Assembly: GCA_963816335.1 (NCBI GenBank)
Contig: CAWFKA010000009.1
Coordinates: forward strand, 360,392 to 424,391
DNA: 64,000 bases
Direction of reading: 5' to 3'
From: an uncultured Acidobacteriaceae bacterium
GTDB taxonomy: Bacteria > Acidobacteriota > Terriglobia > Terriglobales > Acidobacteriaceae
Shown: positions 50,767-59,677 of the stretch, one piece after another
How positions within the stretch are numbered: position 1 is the first letter of the stretch
Layout: each line of letters begins with the position of its first letter
Position numbers and translations under genes: made by a program
Notes under the pieces: model-generated
The model's input: the letters and a program-made list of their open reading frames with translations, nothing else
Databases searched by the model: none
What the model was told of the DNA's origin: nothing

Positions 50767-53250
50767 ATGAGGGCCGGTAACACGATTTATAGATTGTTCA
50801 TACCGCTCTTATTGCTATTCGTTCTTTGGGAGCCTCGTCTCGCAATAGCTCAGGCCATCTCTGGTCCAAAAAAGATGAAGGCTACTTTACTCATGGTTGC
50901 TGCGCAGGAGAGGGCGCCGGTCGCCACCAGTGACAAAGCTTATACGCCTCAGGTGACGGGGACAGTCGTTGACACGTCTGGCGCAACGATTGCCGGGGCT
51001 ACCGTAGAGGTTCGGAGCGCGGACAGCGCCGTCCAAAAACTGACGCAGTCAGACAACACCGGCTCCTTCAGTATTTCTGGACTCTCGACAGGTGATTATC
51101 GAATTATCGTATCGAGTCCCGGTTTTGCAACCAAAGAGATGCCTTTCGCGATCGGGATCTCCGCGGAACCGGGGCCGTTGCGCATTTCCCTGGCGGTGAA
51201 CGCCGTGAGCACCACGGTGGAGGTGCAGGGCCGGGAGGATAGCCTGATAGGAATCGCCGAATCCGCGACGCAGGGGACGGTGGGCGCAAAGCAACTCGAG
51301 GATCGTCCGCTGCTTCGTTCGGGGGAGATTCTGGAGGCAGTTCCCGGTCTGATCATCACGCAACACGCGGGGGGCGGTAAGGCCAACCAGTATTACGTTC
51401 GCGGGTTTAATCTCGACCACGGCACAGACTTCGCCATCTTCATCGACGGTATGCCTCTCAACCTGCCTTCGCACGCGCACGGCGAGGGGTATTCGGACAT
51501 GAATATTGTGGTGCCGGAGTTTGTGCAGCGGTTGAATTTCGAGAAGGGTCCTTACTACGCGGATATCGGCAACTACGGCTCAGTTGGATCGGCGAACGTG
51601 CAGTATTTCAAGACGCTGCCGCAGAACTTCGTCCAGGCGGAAGTGGGCATGTACGACTATGCGCGGGCCGTTTTCGGAGTTGCGCAAACGCTCGGCCCGG
51701 GTACTCTGCTGTACGGCGGAGAAGCGTATTACGATGACGGCCCATGGACGCATCCGGATGCGTATAAGAAGTTCAACGGGCTTGTAACGTACAGCCAGGG
51801 CGGCAGCACGAATGGCTTCAGCATGACGGCTCGCGGGTACCACGGGAAATGGAATTCGAGCGACCAGATTGCCGAGAACGCAGTGCCCCTCGTTGGTGTC
51901 TTCGGCACACTGAACACGACGGACGGTGGCAATTCACAGCGTTATAGCCTGCAGGGTGAATGGCATCGCCAAGGCGCGGATTCGGCGACGACGATGCTGG
52001 GCTATGGATTCTATTACGATCTCGATTTATTCTCAGATTTCACTTACTACCTGACGGACATCAATCGCGGCGACCAGTTTGAGCAGCAGGATAAGCGCTG
52101 GGTGGCGGGACTGGCTGCAGCGCACACAATTTTCAGCCGATGGTTTGGACACAGGGTGGAGAATACGTTCGGCGTGCAGGTTCGCAACGATTGGATCCAC
52201 AACGGCCTTTTCCAGACGGAAGATCGCGTACGCGTGGACAAAACTGATTCGGACACTGGTAACACTCTACCCGCGACTACACAGGAGGATCGGTTTACTG
52301 ACACGCAAGTTGGTCTCTATGCGCAAAACACAATCCAGTGGGCGGAGAAATTCCGCTCAGTTTTGGGGCTGCGCGGCGACCTGCAGTATTTTGATGTAAC
52401 CAGCCTGGTGGAGTCGGCCAATTCCGGCACGGCGAGCAAGTTTCTGCCCAGCCCGAAATTAAATCTGATTTTCGGTCCGTGGTTCAATACGGAGTTCTAT
52501 GCACAGGGCGGATTCAGTTTTCACAGCAACGACGGGCGGGGCACAACGCAGACGATCGAACCGATCTCGGGAGAGAACCCTTATCCCGGTACGCCGGCCA
52601 CGCCGATTCCTGCCCTGATACCAACCAAAGGCGCGGAGGTCGGCGTCCGCACACTGGCTGTACCACACCTGCAGAGCACACTCTCGCTCTGGCATCTACA
52701 CAGTGCTTCCGAGCTGCAGCAGTCCGGCGATACCGGCGGCACGACTGCTTCGAAACAGCCGAGTAACCGCTATGGCGTCGAGTGGGCGAACTATTACACG
52801 CCACGAGAACATCTGGCTTTTGATTTTGACTTCGCGGATTCCAAGGCGCTTTTTACAACAATCGACGAAGACGATGCTGCGCCGGACAGCCCGGGCGGCA
52901 GGTATGTTCCGGAGGCGGTTGAGCTGGTGATTTCGGCGGGCGTGACGGTGCAGCAGTACAAAAACTTTTGGGGGAGTTTGCATCTGCGCGCCTTTGGCCC
53001 GCGCAATTTGACGTCCGACGCAATCTACCGCTCAAGCTCAACACTCTTGCTCAACGCGGAAGTTGGCTATCACTTCAATGAGAAATGGCGCGTTTCGGCT
53101 CAATTTCTCAATTTGCTTGACCGCAGCGATCACGACATTGACTACGCGTATGAGTCCCGGGTATCGCCAACGGCCGAGGCAGAGTTCACCAACGTCTTCC
53201 ATCCGGTCGAACCCTTCCAGGTACGATTTCTGCTGGAAAGAACTTTTTGA
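50767..53250 (+). CDS. TonB-dependent receptor (CarboxypepD_reg N-domain), candidate nickel/cobalt receptor
   Basis: ATG at 50767 after GGAGGCAGGGAG, with a signal peptide. GTVVDTSGATIAGATVEVRS..NTGSFSISGLSTGDYRI, a plug (NQYYVRGFNLDHGTDF) and a barrel ending FLLERTF. It is convergent with the nikR / His-rich pair. Confidence 0.85.
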   Translation: MRAGNTIYRLFIPLLLLFVLWEPRLAIAQAISGPKKMKATLLMVAAQERAPVATSDKAYTPQVTGTVVDTSGATIAGATVEVRSADSAVQKLTQSDNTGSFSISGLSTGDYRIIVSSPGFATKEMPFAIGISAEPGPLRISLAVNAVSTTVEVQGREDSLIGIAESATQGTVGAKQLEDRPLLRSGEILEAVPGLIITQHAGGGKANQYYVRGFNLDHGTDFAIFIDGMPLNLPSHAHGEGYSDMNIVVPEFVQRLNFEKGPYYADIGNYGSVGSANVQYFKTLPQNFVQAEVGMYDYARAVFGVAQTLGPGTLLYGGEAYYDDGPWTHPDAYKKFNGLVTYSQGGSTNGFSMTARGYHGKWNSSDQIAENAVPLVGVFGTLNTTDGGNSQRYSLQGEWHRQGADSATTMLGYGFYYDLDLFSDFTYYLTDINRGDQFEQQDKRWVAGLAAAHTIFSRWFGHRVENTFGVQVRNDWIHNGLFQTEDRVRVDKTDSDTGNTLPATTQEDRFTDTQVGLYAQNTIQWAEKFRSVLGLRGDLQYFDVTSLVESANSGTASKFLPSPKLNLIFGPWFNTEFYAQGGFSFHSNDGRGTTQTIEPISGENPYPGTPATPIPALIPTKGAEVGVRTLAVPHLQSTLSLWHLHSASELQQSGDTGGTTASKQPSNRYGVEWANYYTPREHLAFDFDFADSKALFTTIDEDDAAPDSPGGRYVPEAVELVISAGVTVQQYKNFWGSLHLRAFGPRNLTSDAIYRSSSTLLLNAEVGYHFNEKWRVSAQFLNLLDRSDHDIDYAYESRVSPTAEAEFTNVFHPVEPFQVRFLLERTF

Positions 53251-53339
53251 CAAATCCGGCGGTTGTCATCCTGCTTATAGAAACTAGCAGGTCTACCCCC
53301 AATATCTATTTCGGTTCCGCTCCTTGTGGGCTCTTAACA

Positions 53340-53534
53340 CTATTCATGAGTATGCTCGTGGTAGTGATCATGGGAATGCGAGTGCGTAACCTCGTCGTGC
53401 GTATGCTCACGCGTGTGCTTTGTGCCAGCAGCCGGTGGGTTGGGATGAGAATGATCGTGGTGCTCGTCGTCATGAGAATGTTCGTGAGTTTGTGTCAATG
53501 TAACGTGGTCGTGACTGTGAGAATGCTCAGTCAT
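53340..53534 (-). CDS. histidine-rich small metal-binding protein (Hpn-like composition)
   Basis: 64 aa, about one third His arranged as HxH/HxxH runs (MTEHSHSHDH...HSHSHDHYHEHTHE). AGGAGG precedes the ATG. It lies 200 nt downstream of nikR on the same strand. Confidence 0.7.
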   Translation of the reverse strand: MTEHSHSHDHVTLTQTHEHSHDDEHHDHSHPNPPAAGTKHTREHTHDEVTHSHSHDHYHEHTHE

Positions 53535-53733
53535 AAATGCCTCCTTGGGACATTCCCAAACATTATGACGGAGGATTGTGCGATTGCCTGATTCAGCAGG
53601 CTGACGGTGACCTGGCGTCGGAAGGGGGGTTAAAGCTAGATAGCAGTATCCCGGCCCATCTGGATAGAGGCAACGTGACTTTCTTTCAGTGGCCGCGGTT
53701 CGCCGGGCACAATGCTTCGGAAACTTGGACGGT

Positions 53734-54168
53734 CTAGTGCGAGTGTATGGAGCTCTTGAGATTCTTGCCGGATTTTGTCAGGACGAGTTTTCCGAGTTCT
53801 ACGCCACGCAAAGCGAGCATGCCGTCGGCAACGGCCTGGATGTCTCTTCCTCTGCCTTTCATGATAATGACTTCCAGGCAATAGTTGTGATCTAGATGGA
53901 CATGCGTGGCCGCGAGAACCATCGTGCCCGCAACGTGTTGGACCTCTGTCAGCTTTTGCGCAAGATTCGGAACGTGATGGTCGTAGACCAGCGTCAAAGT
54001 GCCAACCACTGGCTCATTCGATGCAACAGTCTCCGACAGAAGCGCCTCTCGTATAAGATCGCGAAACGCCTCCGAGCGGTTCGCGTAACCGCGCTTGGCA
54101 ATGAGCCGATCGAATTCCTTCAAAAGATCATCTTCGAGCGAAACGCCTGTTCTGCTCAAATGTGACAT
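53734..54168 (-). CDS. nikR: nickel-responsive regulator NikR
   Basis: 144 aa from ATG 54168 after GGAGAA. It has a ribbon-helix-helix N-terminus (RTGVSLEDDLLKEFDRLIAKRGYANRSEAFRDLIR) and an ACT-like C-domain with the His cluster (VYDHH...ATHVHLDH..CLEV). Confidence 0.9.
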   Translation of the reverse strand: MSHLSRTGVSLEDDLLKEFDRLIAKRGYANRSEAFRDLIREALLSETVASNEPVVGTLTLVYDHHVPNLAQKLTEVQHVAGTMVLAATHVHLDHNYCLEVIIMKGRGRDIQAVADGMLALRGVELGKLVLTKSGKNLKSSIHSH

Positions 54169-54302
54169 CTCGTTTTCTCCATCCCGATTGTAATGGGGTA
54201 CAGATGACTTGTGAGTACTCATTGCGTCCGTCGCTCTCGCCGGCCGACTATGCGCAATCTGCTGGAGCAATCGCTCGTAAGGAAATGTCGATGGGCGGGC
54301 TG

Positions 54303-55552
54303 TAAAGGTTTGTCCCTATCAAACCCAAGGAATGCCGTAAAAGAGTTTGGGGTAGCTTCGTAGCTGGCGCGTGGAGAGCAACGGGATCCGGAGAGCGACG
54401 GCTCTACGTATTAGACGAATCGTCGCTGGCATCAACCCGGCAGGTGCATGACTTTTTGAATCGTCTCCATCCGAATGACCGCGTGCTTTTGGTCGGCGAC
54501 CGTCGGCAACATGAAGCGGTCGAGGCCGGGCGGCCGTTCGCGCAACTCCAGGACGCAGGCATGAAGACTGTGAAGCTCCAAGAGATCGTGCGCCAGAAAG
54601 ATCCTGAGCTGAAGTGGGTAGTCGAGCAGCTCGCTCGAGGCGAAGTGCGCGAAGCCATCCAGAATCTTCAACGGCAGGGTCGGGTCCATGAGGTCCCGGT
54701 CAACGATGAACGACTTACTGCCATCGCAAGGAGTATGCCAGAGCCCCGGAGAAAACATTGGTGGTTTCCCCTGACAACCGCTCCCGCATGGAGTTCAATG
54801 CGCGCATCCACGCCGAATTGCAATCACTTGGCGTTGTCAGCAATGAGGAGCATCGCATTCGAACGCTTGTTCCGCGTCAGGATCTTACAGGGGCAGACGG
54901 CACTTGGGCCGGGCGGTACGAAGTGGGCGACGTATTGCGCCACTCGCGAACATCGCGGGAGACGGGCATCACTAAGGGGAAATACGCACAGGTGAATAGC
55001 ATCGACGCTTCGAACAACCGGCTGACAATCGAGTTACGAGACCGCGGAGTGCACCTATGATCCACGGCGGCAGCAAGGAGTCACCGCACCAGCCCACGAA
55101 TTGAAAGTTGCGAACCGTGAGTTGGGAGCCATCGAGCACATCGGCCAGGACGGAACGTTGTGCCTGAAGATGGGCGCAAAGTTGAACTCGATCCGCAAAG
55201 GCAGCTGCATCTCGATTACGGCTATGCCATGACAAGCCATTCCAGCCAGGGCCAGACCGCCGATCGTGTCCTGATACACGTGGACACTGAATTGGGCGCT
55301 AAGGAACTGATCAACAGCCGCATGGCCTATGTAGCGATCTCACGGGGCGCATATGATGCGCAGATTTATACATCTAACGCATCCACATTGGGGAAGGAAC
55401 TCACCCGAGATGTACGCCATCCCTCTGCACTTCAACCAGAATCGGTGACGCAAAAGAACGAGCCTAAGCCCGCGCATACTCTGGAACTGTGCCCAAACGA
55501 ACGAAATTACCCCTCCCGGAACCATCCGGAGCCGCAATGTGAAGTCCGTTAA
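54303..55552 (+). pseudogene. conjugative relaxase (MobF/TraA-type) RecD-like helicase domain, 5'-truncated and frameshifted
   Basis: LYVLDESSLAS...RVLLVGDRRQHEAVEAGRPF...EIVRQKD, then VVSPDNRSRMEFNARIH, then LDYGYAMTSHSSQGQTADRVLIHVD...MAYVAISRGAYDAQIYT. These lie in at least 4 frames, and no relaxase (HUH) domain or Walker A is present. Confidence 0.75.
55487..55498 (+). repeat. att-arm motif type 2 copy (CTGTGCCCAAAC)
   Basis: Identical 12-mer to 43232-43243, about 100 nt upstream of the third tRNA fragment. Confidence 0.45.
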
Positions 55553-55600
55553 GTCGTTGTAAGCGCGGCATCTTCAGTACTTGGCTGAGCCCCGTCAAGG

Positions 55601-55656
55601 ACTCAAAATCCGTCGGAGGCAACTCCATGGGGGTTCAACTCCCCCTCCCGGCACCA
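55601..55656 (+). repeat. partial tRNA-Leu copy (anticodon loop to CCA), att core
   Basis: ACTCAAAATCCGTCGGAGGCAACTCCATGGGGGTTCAACTCCCCCTCCCGGCACCA. The upstream sequence cannot form the acceptor or D arms. Confidence 0.85.
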
Positions 55657-55725
55657 TTGGAAGCGAGTGACAAAAACACTTAAGTCGAACTAGAGCAGTT
55701 GATGTCACCAATCGGCGCGACTCGA

Positions 55726-55775
55726 TTTTCGCCTTAAATTTGGATTTCAGTACAGTTCCGGTACAGTTCGGCTTA
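55726..55775 (+). repeat. diverged copy of the type-1 tRNA-distal arm block
   Basis: TTTTCGCCTTAAATTTGGATTTCAGTACAGTTCCGGTACAGTTCGG starts 70-71 nt after the CCA and aligns with 11700 and 25527. Confidence 0.55.
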
Positions 55776-56107
55776 TGACCTTGCAATGACTTTCCACGAC
55801 TTCAGGCTCAAACTTCCGATTCTGATCATCGAATGCGTAGCGGATAATCGGTCCGCGCGGCTCTTCTCTAGGACTAGGCCCGAAATGAAATGATGGTTTG
55901 GCTCCACGCTCGCACCCAGTTCGGGGTAATGAATCCCTGGAGTATTGAAGATTCCAGGCTGAACAGATTCGAAGAGATTCGCCATTTGTGCTCCTGTTGA
56001 TCAACGAAGCAGTGGATTGGTTGAGATCAGTTGGCGGTGAAGAACTCCCGTCAGGTTCGACACTCCTGCTCAGCGCTCCGACCGAATATTGTTGCGTTCG
56101 AACTCCG

Positions 56108-56602
56108 TTATTGAGTCAGCATGTCGCTAACCTTCTCGGCTCGCCGCTCCTTCCAAACAGCCAATGCAGTAAGCAATCCGAGCAAGAGAACGACAACTGG
56201 AATCACGGGTGGCTTGATGCCGAGGGGAAGAACGCTAGCAGGCACCCCAGGCTGCAGGTGGACATAGATTGCCACGCCCATCTGAGTAAAGAGGATCAAA
56301 CACGCGATCAGCAGGAGTCGATTTCTGCTTTTTGCGGTCAACGATTTTCGAAACCATGGCAGTAAGAAGAGGACTCCGGTAACCATTTCCCCCAGTTTGC
56401 CCGCGAGAATCGCCTCGTGGGGTAGATGACTTTGTTGAATCTGGATATCAAACCATCCACGGAATGGCTGGAATAATTTCAGGAATCCGAACATGAACAT
56501 CAGAGCTCCCAGGAACAGCGATAAAGCCTTGCTCAGGCGACGAGACATTTCTTTCTCCACTTTCGAAATTTTCGACTTCTCAGCGCCAGGCCCACGATCC
56601 AT
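56108..56602 (-). CDS. DoxX-like four-TM membrane protein
   Basis: Hydrophobic profile with four helices and FGFLKLFQPF, typical of DoxX-like proteins. An alternative start lies at 56548 (MSRRLSK). Confidence 0.5.
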   Translation of the reverse strand: MDRGPGAEKSKISKVEKEMSRRLSKALSLFLGALMFMFGFLKLFQPFRGWFDIQIQQSHLPHEAILAGKLGEMVTGVLFLLPWFRKSLTAKSRNRLLLIACLILFTQMGVAIYVHLQPGVPASVLPLGIKPPVIPVVVLLLGLLTALAVWKERRAEKVSDMLTQ

Positions 56603-56757
56603 TTGTCAGGATTGGAGCGTTTTGAAACGGCGCGATACTCCGGGTGCTGGCCGAGCAGCTTCGGAAGTGAGGGACCAACCAAAGGATTCCAGCATCTAGC
56701 GGTGGCCCCAGATGCTGGGAGATACATCGACAGGCCCTCAAGCAAGATCACTTTAAG

Positions 56758-57000
56758 GTGGAGGTTGAAATTGCAATTAGGACAGATGGCCATCTCGTCA
56801 GCGCACAAGCTGTTACCGAACCAACTAAAGCGTATAAAGCTGCTGAAGACACTGTGTGGAAATGGACCTTCCAACCTTTTCTCGTTCTCGGCGAGCCCGT
56901 CGAGGTGGAATCCAAGGTTCAACTCCAGAATAACCAGCGTGGGTTTCGGGCTGCGTGTGCGCCAGGCAACTCTAGTGCTGACCCTACTTCGATTCCTTAG
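56758..57000 (+). pseudogene. TonB C-terminal domain fragment
   Basis: VEVEIAIRTDGHLVSAQAVTEPTKAYKAAEDTVWKWTFQPFLVLGEPVEVESKVQL follows the TonB_C pattern. There is no N-terminal part, and it overlaps the 3' end of the GH9 gene. Confidence 0.3.
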
Positions 57001-59677
57001 TGATCGCGTCTGCAGCGTTGCCGGCCACAACCCAGCTTGCCGACCCGGCAACTACGGCCTCGTCCTCGAACCAAAGGAATCCGAAGTCGTCGATGCACTC
57101 CGGAAAATCCGGCTTGATGATGATGTAGCCCGGAATCACAGCACCCGGAATGTAAGCGTTGTCGGCACGGTTGTTGCTGTAGGTCTTCGTCTTCGAGACC
57201 GTGCCGACGCCGGCTACATACGAAGTGCTGGATACCGGGTGAGTGCCGAGAATGTAGTTCACGGCGCGAAGGGTATATTCGGGGCCCACAAGGTCCGGAA
57301 ACGCCTTGTGCAGGAAGTACATCCGTATAGCCATGTCAACCACGGCACCCGATCCGCCCCAGGTGCCCAGGCTGGGAGGCACACCGAACGGAGTGTCATC
57401 CAACTTTTTGCCCTCTGCCGCCATGTATGTCTTCACCGCTGCCCGCATTTGCTCTTTCGCGCTCGCGTCCAGATAAGGCAATGCCCGGACCGCCGTCCAG
57501 CCGCGAATGCCCATCATCTGCGGTGTGATCATCTCAGGGAACAACTCCTTCAAGCGGGACTTGTAGGGCTCGGCGCCATTCGTGGCAATGGTCAATTCCA
57601 GAGCCGCCGCCCAGTCGAGTCCAACGGTGAATGCCCGCCGGTCAAAGCCATCCGGTGGAGGTGTTGGTGGGGCAGCCGGGGCGGAAGTTGCAGGAGCGCC
57701 CGCGTTGCCCGGTCCGTTGTGAGCGCCAGCGACTGCGCCTTGAGATGCAGCCAGCACGCCTCCCGGAGCACCCGGAGGTTGCGCTCCGCCAAAGCCGCCG
57801 GTTGGAGGTGGCGTGGGATGAGCCTTCTCTTCGTTCCAAGCTTTAATCGCGGTCTCCAGACAGTCTTTCGCGAGTGCGTCGTCCCAGCCTTTCAGCACGT
57901 CGGCGGCTGCAGCCAGCGCTGCGATGGCGTTCCACTGGAAAAACGGATTCGTGTTGGAGAAGATCCAGCGGTCGTCCGGTTTGCCGGAGTAGTCGCCCTT
58001 AACTTCGTTTGGACCGAGCTTTGGGTCATAGATGCGTCCGTCGGTTTTCGACGCTCCGTCGCCCAACTGGGTGTATTGGCGCAGATCCGGCTCATGAGTG
58101 CCACGGATGGAGTGGCCGATATTGTGGTACTGCGCCAGGATGTACAGCGCGCCATGCTTCACTTGCTGCACCGTATCCGGCACGCCATCGGGGCGGTGCA
58201 TCTCAACCTCTCGCGCGTTTTCATTCACCGTAAGCTCATCGTACTTGAGATTGAATTCGCGATACCCAAGAGCCAGGCTCTGAATCACGCTTAGTTGCGC
58301 AGGCTCTTCGAGATCGAAGTCGCCGGCGTCATACCATCCACCCACGTTCATCCCGGGAATGTGATCACCACCTTTGTACTTCCCGTCCGTTGCCGTGGCC
58401 TGGTTCCAGCCGTCAAATTGCTCCCCAACAACCGGCGCCAGGCGGCCATCATCCAGGTTCGAAGCGCCGTGCCACACGCGGTAGCCTTCGCGAACCGAAA
58501 CGTGATCCATCTGCTCCGCAATGTGATGGTCCAGGCTGTCCTGCCAGATCTTCGCATAAGCATCCCTGGAGATTGGGAAGGGGGCCGTACGTTGGTCCGC
58601 GTACTCGATGACATAAAGGCCAGGATCTTGAACCGGTGTGAAGTCAAATTTGGAATAGACGTACCGAAGCCAGGGCGTTGAGGGCGTGATCGGGCCCTCG
58701 AACGCCGGCTTATAAGATCCGTCCTCCATCAGGCGCAGCACTTTGGCTGTTTTCGGGCCGTTGTACTTCGGGTCGAGTTCGAGTACCGCCACCTTGGAGA
58801 AACCCGGCGCATAACCCACCTGGCTGTGCGCGATCATCGGCGGCCGCGTCCAATTCGGAATCACGTCCGGCCGGATATGCCATACGATGGCGCCGGTGGT
58901 CTTGCCCGAAGGGATCAGCGAGCGCAACACGAACCAGCCATTCTGCGCACGGTTGCGGCCGTCGAACAGCATCAGGTCGCCCGTATCCGACCTAACGGTG
59001 ACACGGGCCAACGCATCGTCTACCCCCAAGGTGATGCTTTTACCCTCAGCAAACGGCAGTGGCTGCGTATATCCCTTTGCCTTGTCCCAATCTTCCAGGT
59101 AGTAGGCCTTCTTCGGCTCATCCGCCAGCGGCAACACCTTCACCATTGGATCGTTAGGCGTTCGCGGGAAGATGCCGGCTTTGGTTCCGTCCACCAGGTA
59201 AGCCTTGCCCATGTAGATCGAGGGCAGGAACTCCAAGTTGAAGCCCGCCACCCCGGCCAGTTTCTGCGGTAGCGGCTTATCGAGATTGATGCTGACCTTC
59301 ACGCCGCCTGGCTCAGCTTCGACTTCAACGGTGTAGCTGAGATCGAAGCTCGGGAAAGCAAGGTTGGCTGTGAGCCGAGTGTTCACCTTATCGGCCTGGC
59401 GCCCTTTAAGGGTTGCCACCAGGTCCCACTGCTCGGGCGTTGGCATCAGGCGCACGTCGCCGTTAGTGGCGATACGCTGGCCATGGAGAATCATCTCCAT
59501 GGCCGTGTTTTTTTGGTCTACGAAAACGGGATGATACGTGCTGTCGTAGAGAAATACGCTGAAGCCTTGAGTATTCAGGTAATTTTTGTCGGTCACCCTC
59601 ATGGCAAAATCCGCGCCGAACAGACTTGGGCTGAAGGTCAGGGCCAAGAAGAGACATACTCCGATTCGGGTGAGCAT
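56984..59677 (-). CDS. glycoside hydrolase family 9-like protein with N-terminal Ig-like domain and a Pro/Gly/Ala-rich insert
   Basis: Signal peptide, GGWYDAGDFDLE (GH9 DAGD motif) and a C-terminal FLWFEDEAVVAGSASWVVAGNA. The low-complexity insert spans aa 620-677. Confidence 0.65.
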   Translation of the reverse strand: MLTRIGVCLFLALTFSPSLFGADFAMRVTDKNYLNTQGFSVFLYDSTYHPVFVDQKNTAMEMILHGQRIATNGDVRLMPTPEQWDLVATLKGRQADKVNTRLTANLAFPSFDLSYTVEVEAEPGGVKVSINLDKPLPQKLAGVAGFNLEFLPSIYMGKAYLVDGTKAGIFPRTPNDPMVKVLPLADEPKKAYYLEDWDKAKGYTQPLPFAEGKSITLGVDDALARVTVRSDTGDLMLFDGRNRAQNGWFVLRSLIPSGKTTGAIVWHIRPDVIPNWTRPPMIAHSQVGYAPGFSKVAVLELDPKYNGPKTAKVLRLMEDGSYKPAFEGPITPSTPWLRYVYSKFDFTPVQDPGLYVIEYADQRTAPFPISRDAYAKIWQDSLDHHIAEQMDHVSVREGYRVWHGASNLDDGRLAPVVGEQFDGWNQATATDGKYKGGDHIPGMNVGGWYDAGDFDLEEPAQLSVIQSLALGYREFNLKYDELTVNENAREVEMHRPDGVPDTVQQVKHGALYILAQYHNIGHSIRGTHEPDLRQYTQLGDGASKTDGRIYDPKLGPNEVKGDYSGKPDDRWIFSNTNPFFQWNAIAALAAAADVLKGWDDALAKDCLETAIKAWNEEKAHPTPPPTGGFGGAQPPGAPGGVLAASQGAVAGAHNGPGNAGAPATSAPAAPPTPPPDGFDRRAFTVGLDWAAALELTIATNGAEPYKSRLKELFPEMITPQMMGIRGWTAVRALPYLDASAKEQMRAAVKTYMAAEGKKLDDTPFGVPPSLGTWGGSGAVVDMAIRMYFLHKAFPDLVGPEYTLRAVNYILGTHPVSSTSYVAGVGTVSKTKTYSNNRADNAYIPGAVIPGYIIIKPDFPECIDDFGFLWFEDEAVVAGSASWVVAGNAADAITKESK

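Larger units (their letters stand above)
43185..55656. mobile_element. inferred integrated island E3 (metal-acquisition cargo, relaxase remnant), bounded by the second and third partial tRNA copies
   Basis: The private arm motif CTGTGCCCAAAC lies just inside both ends (43232 and 55487). A decayed conjugative relaxase-helicase sits at the right end. Confidence 0.55.

Noticed and set aside
56603-58294. 563-aa ORF on the plus strand
   Set aside because: It is antisense to the GH9-like gene. It is Arg-rich with no motifs, and the GH9 frame carries clear family signatures.
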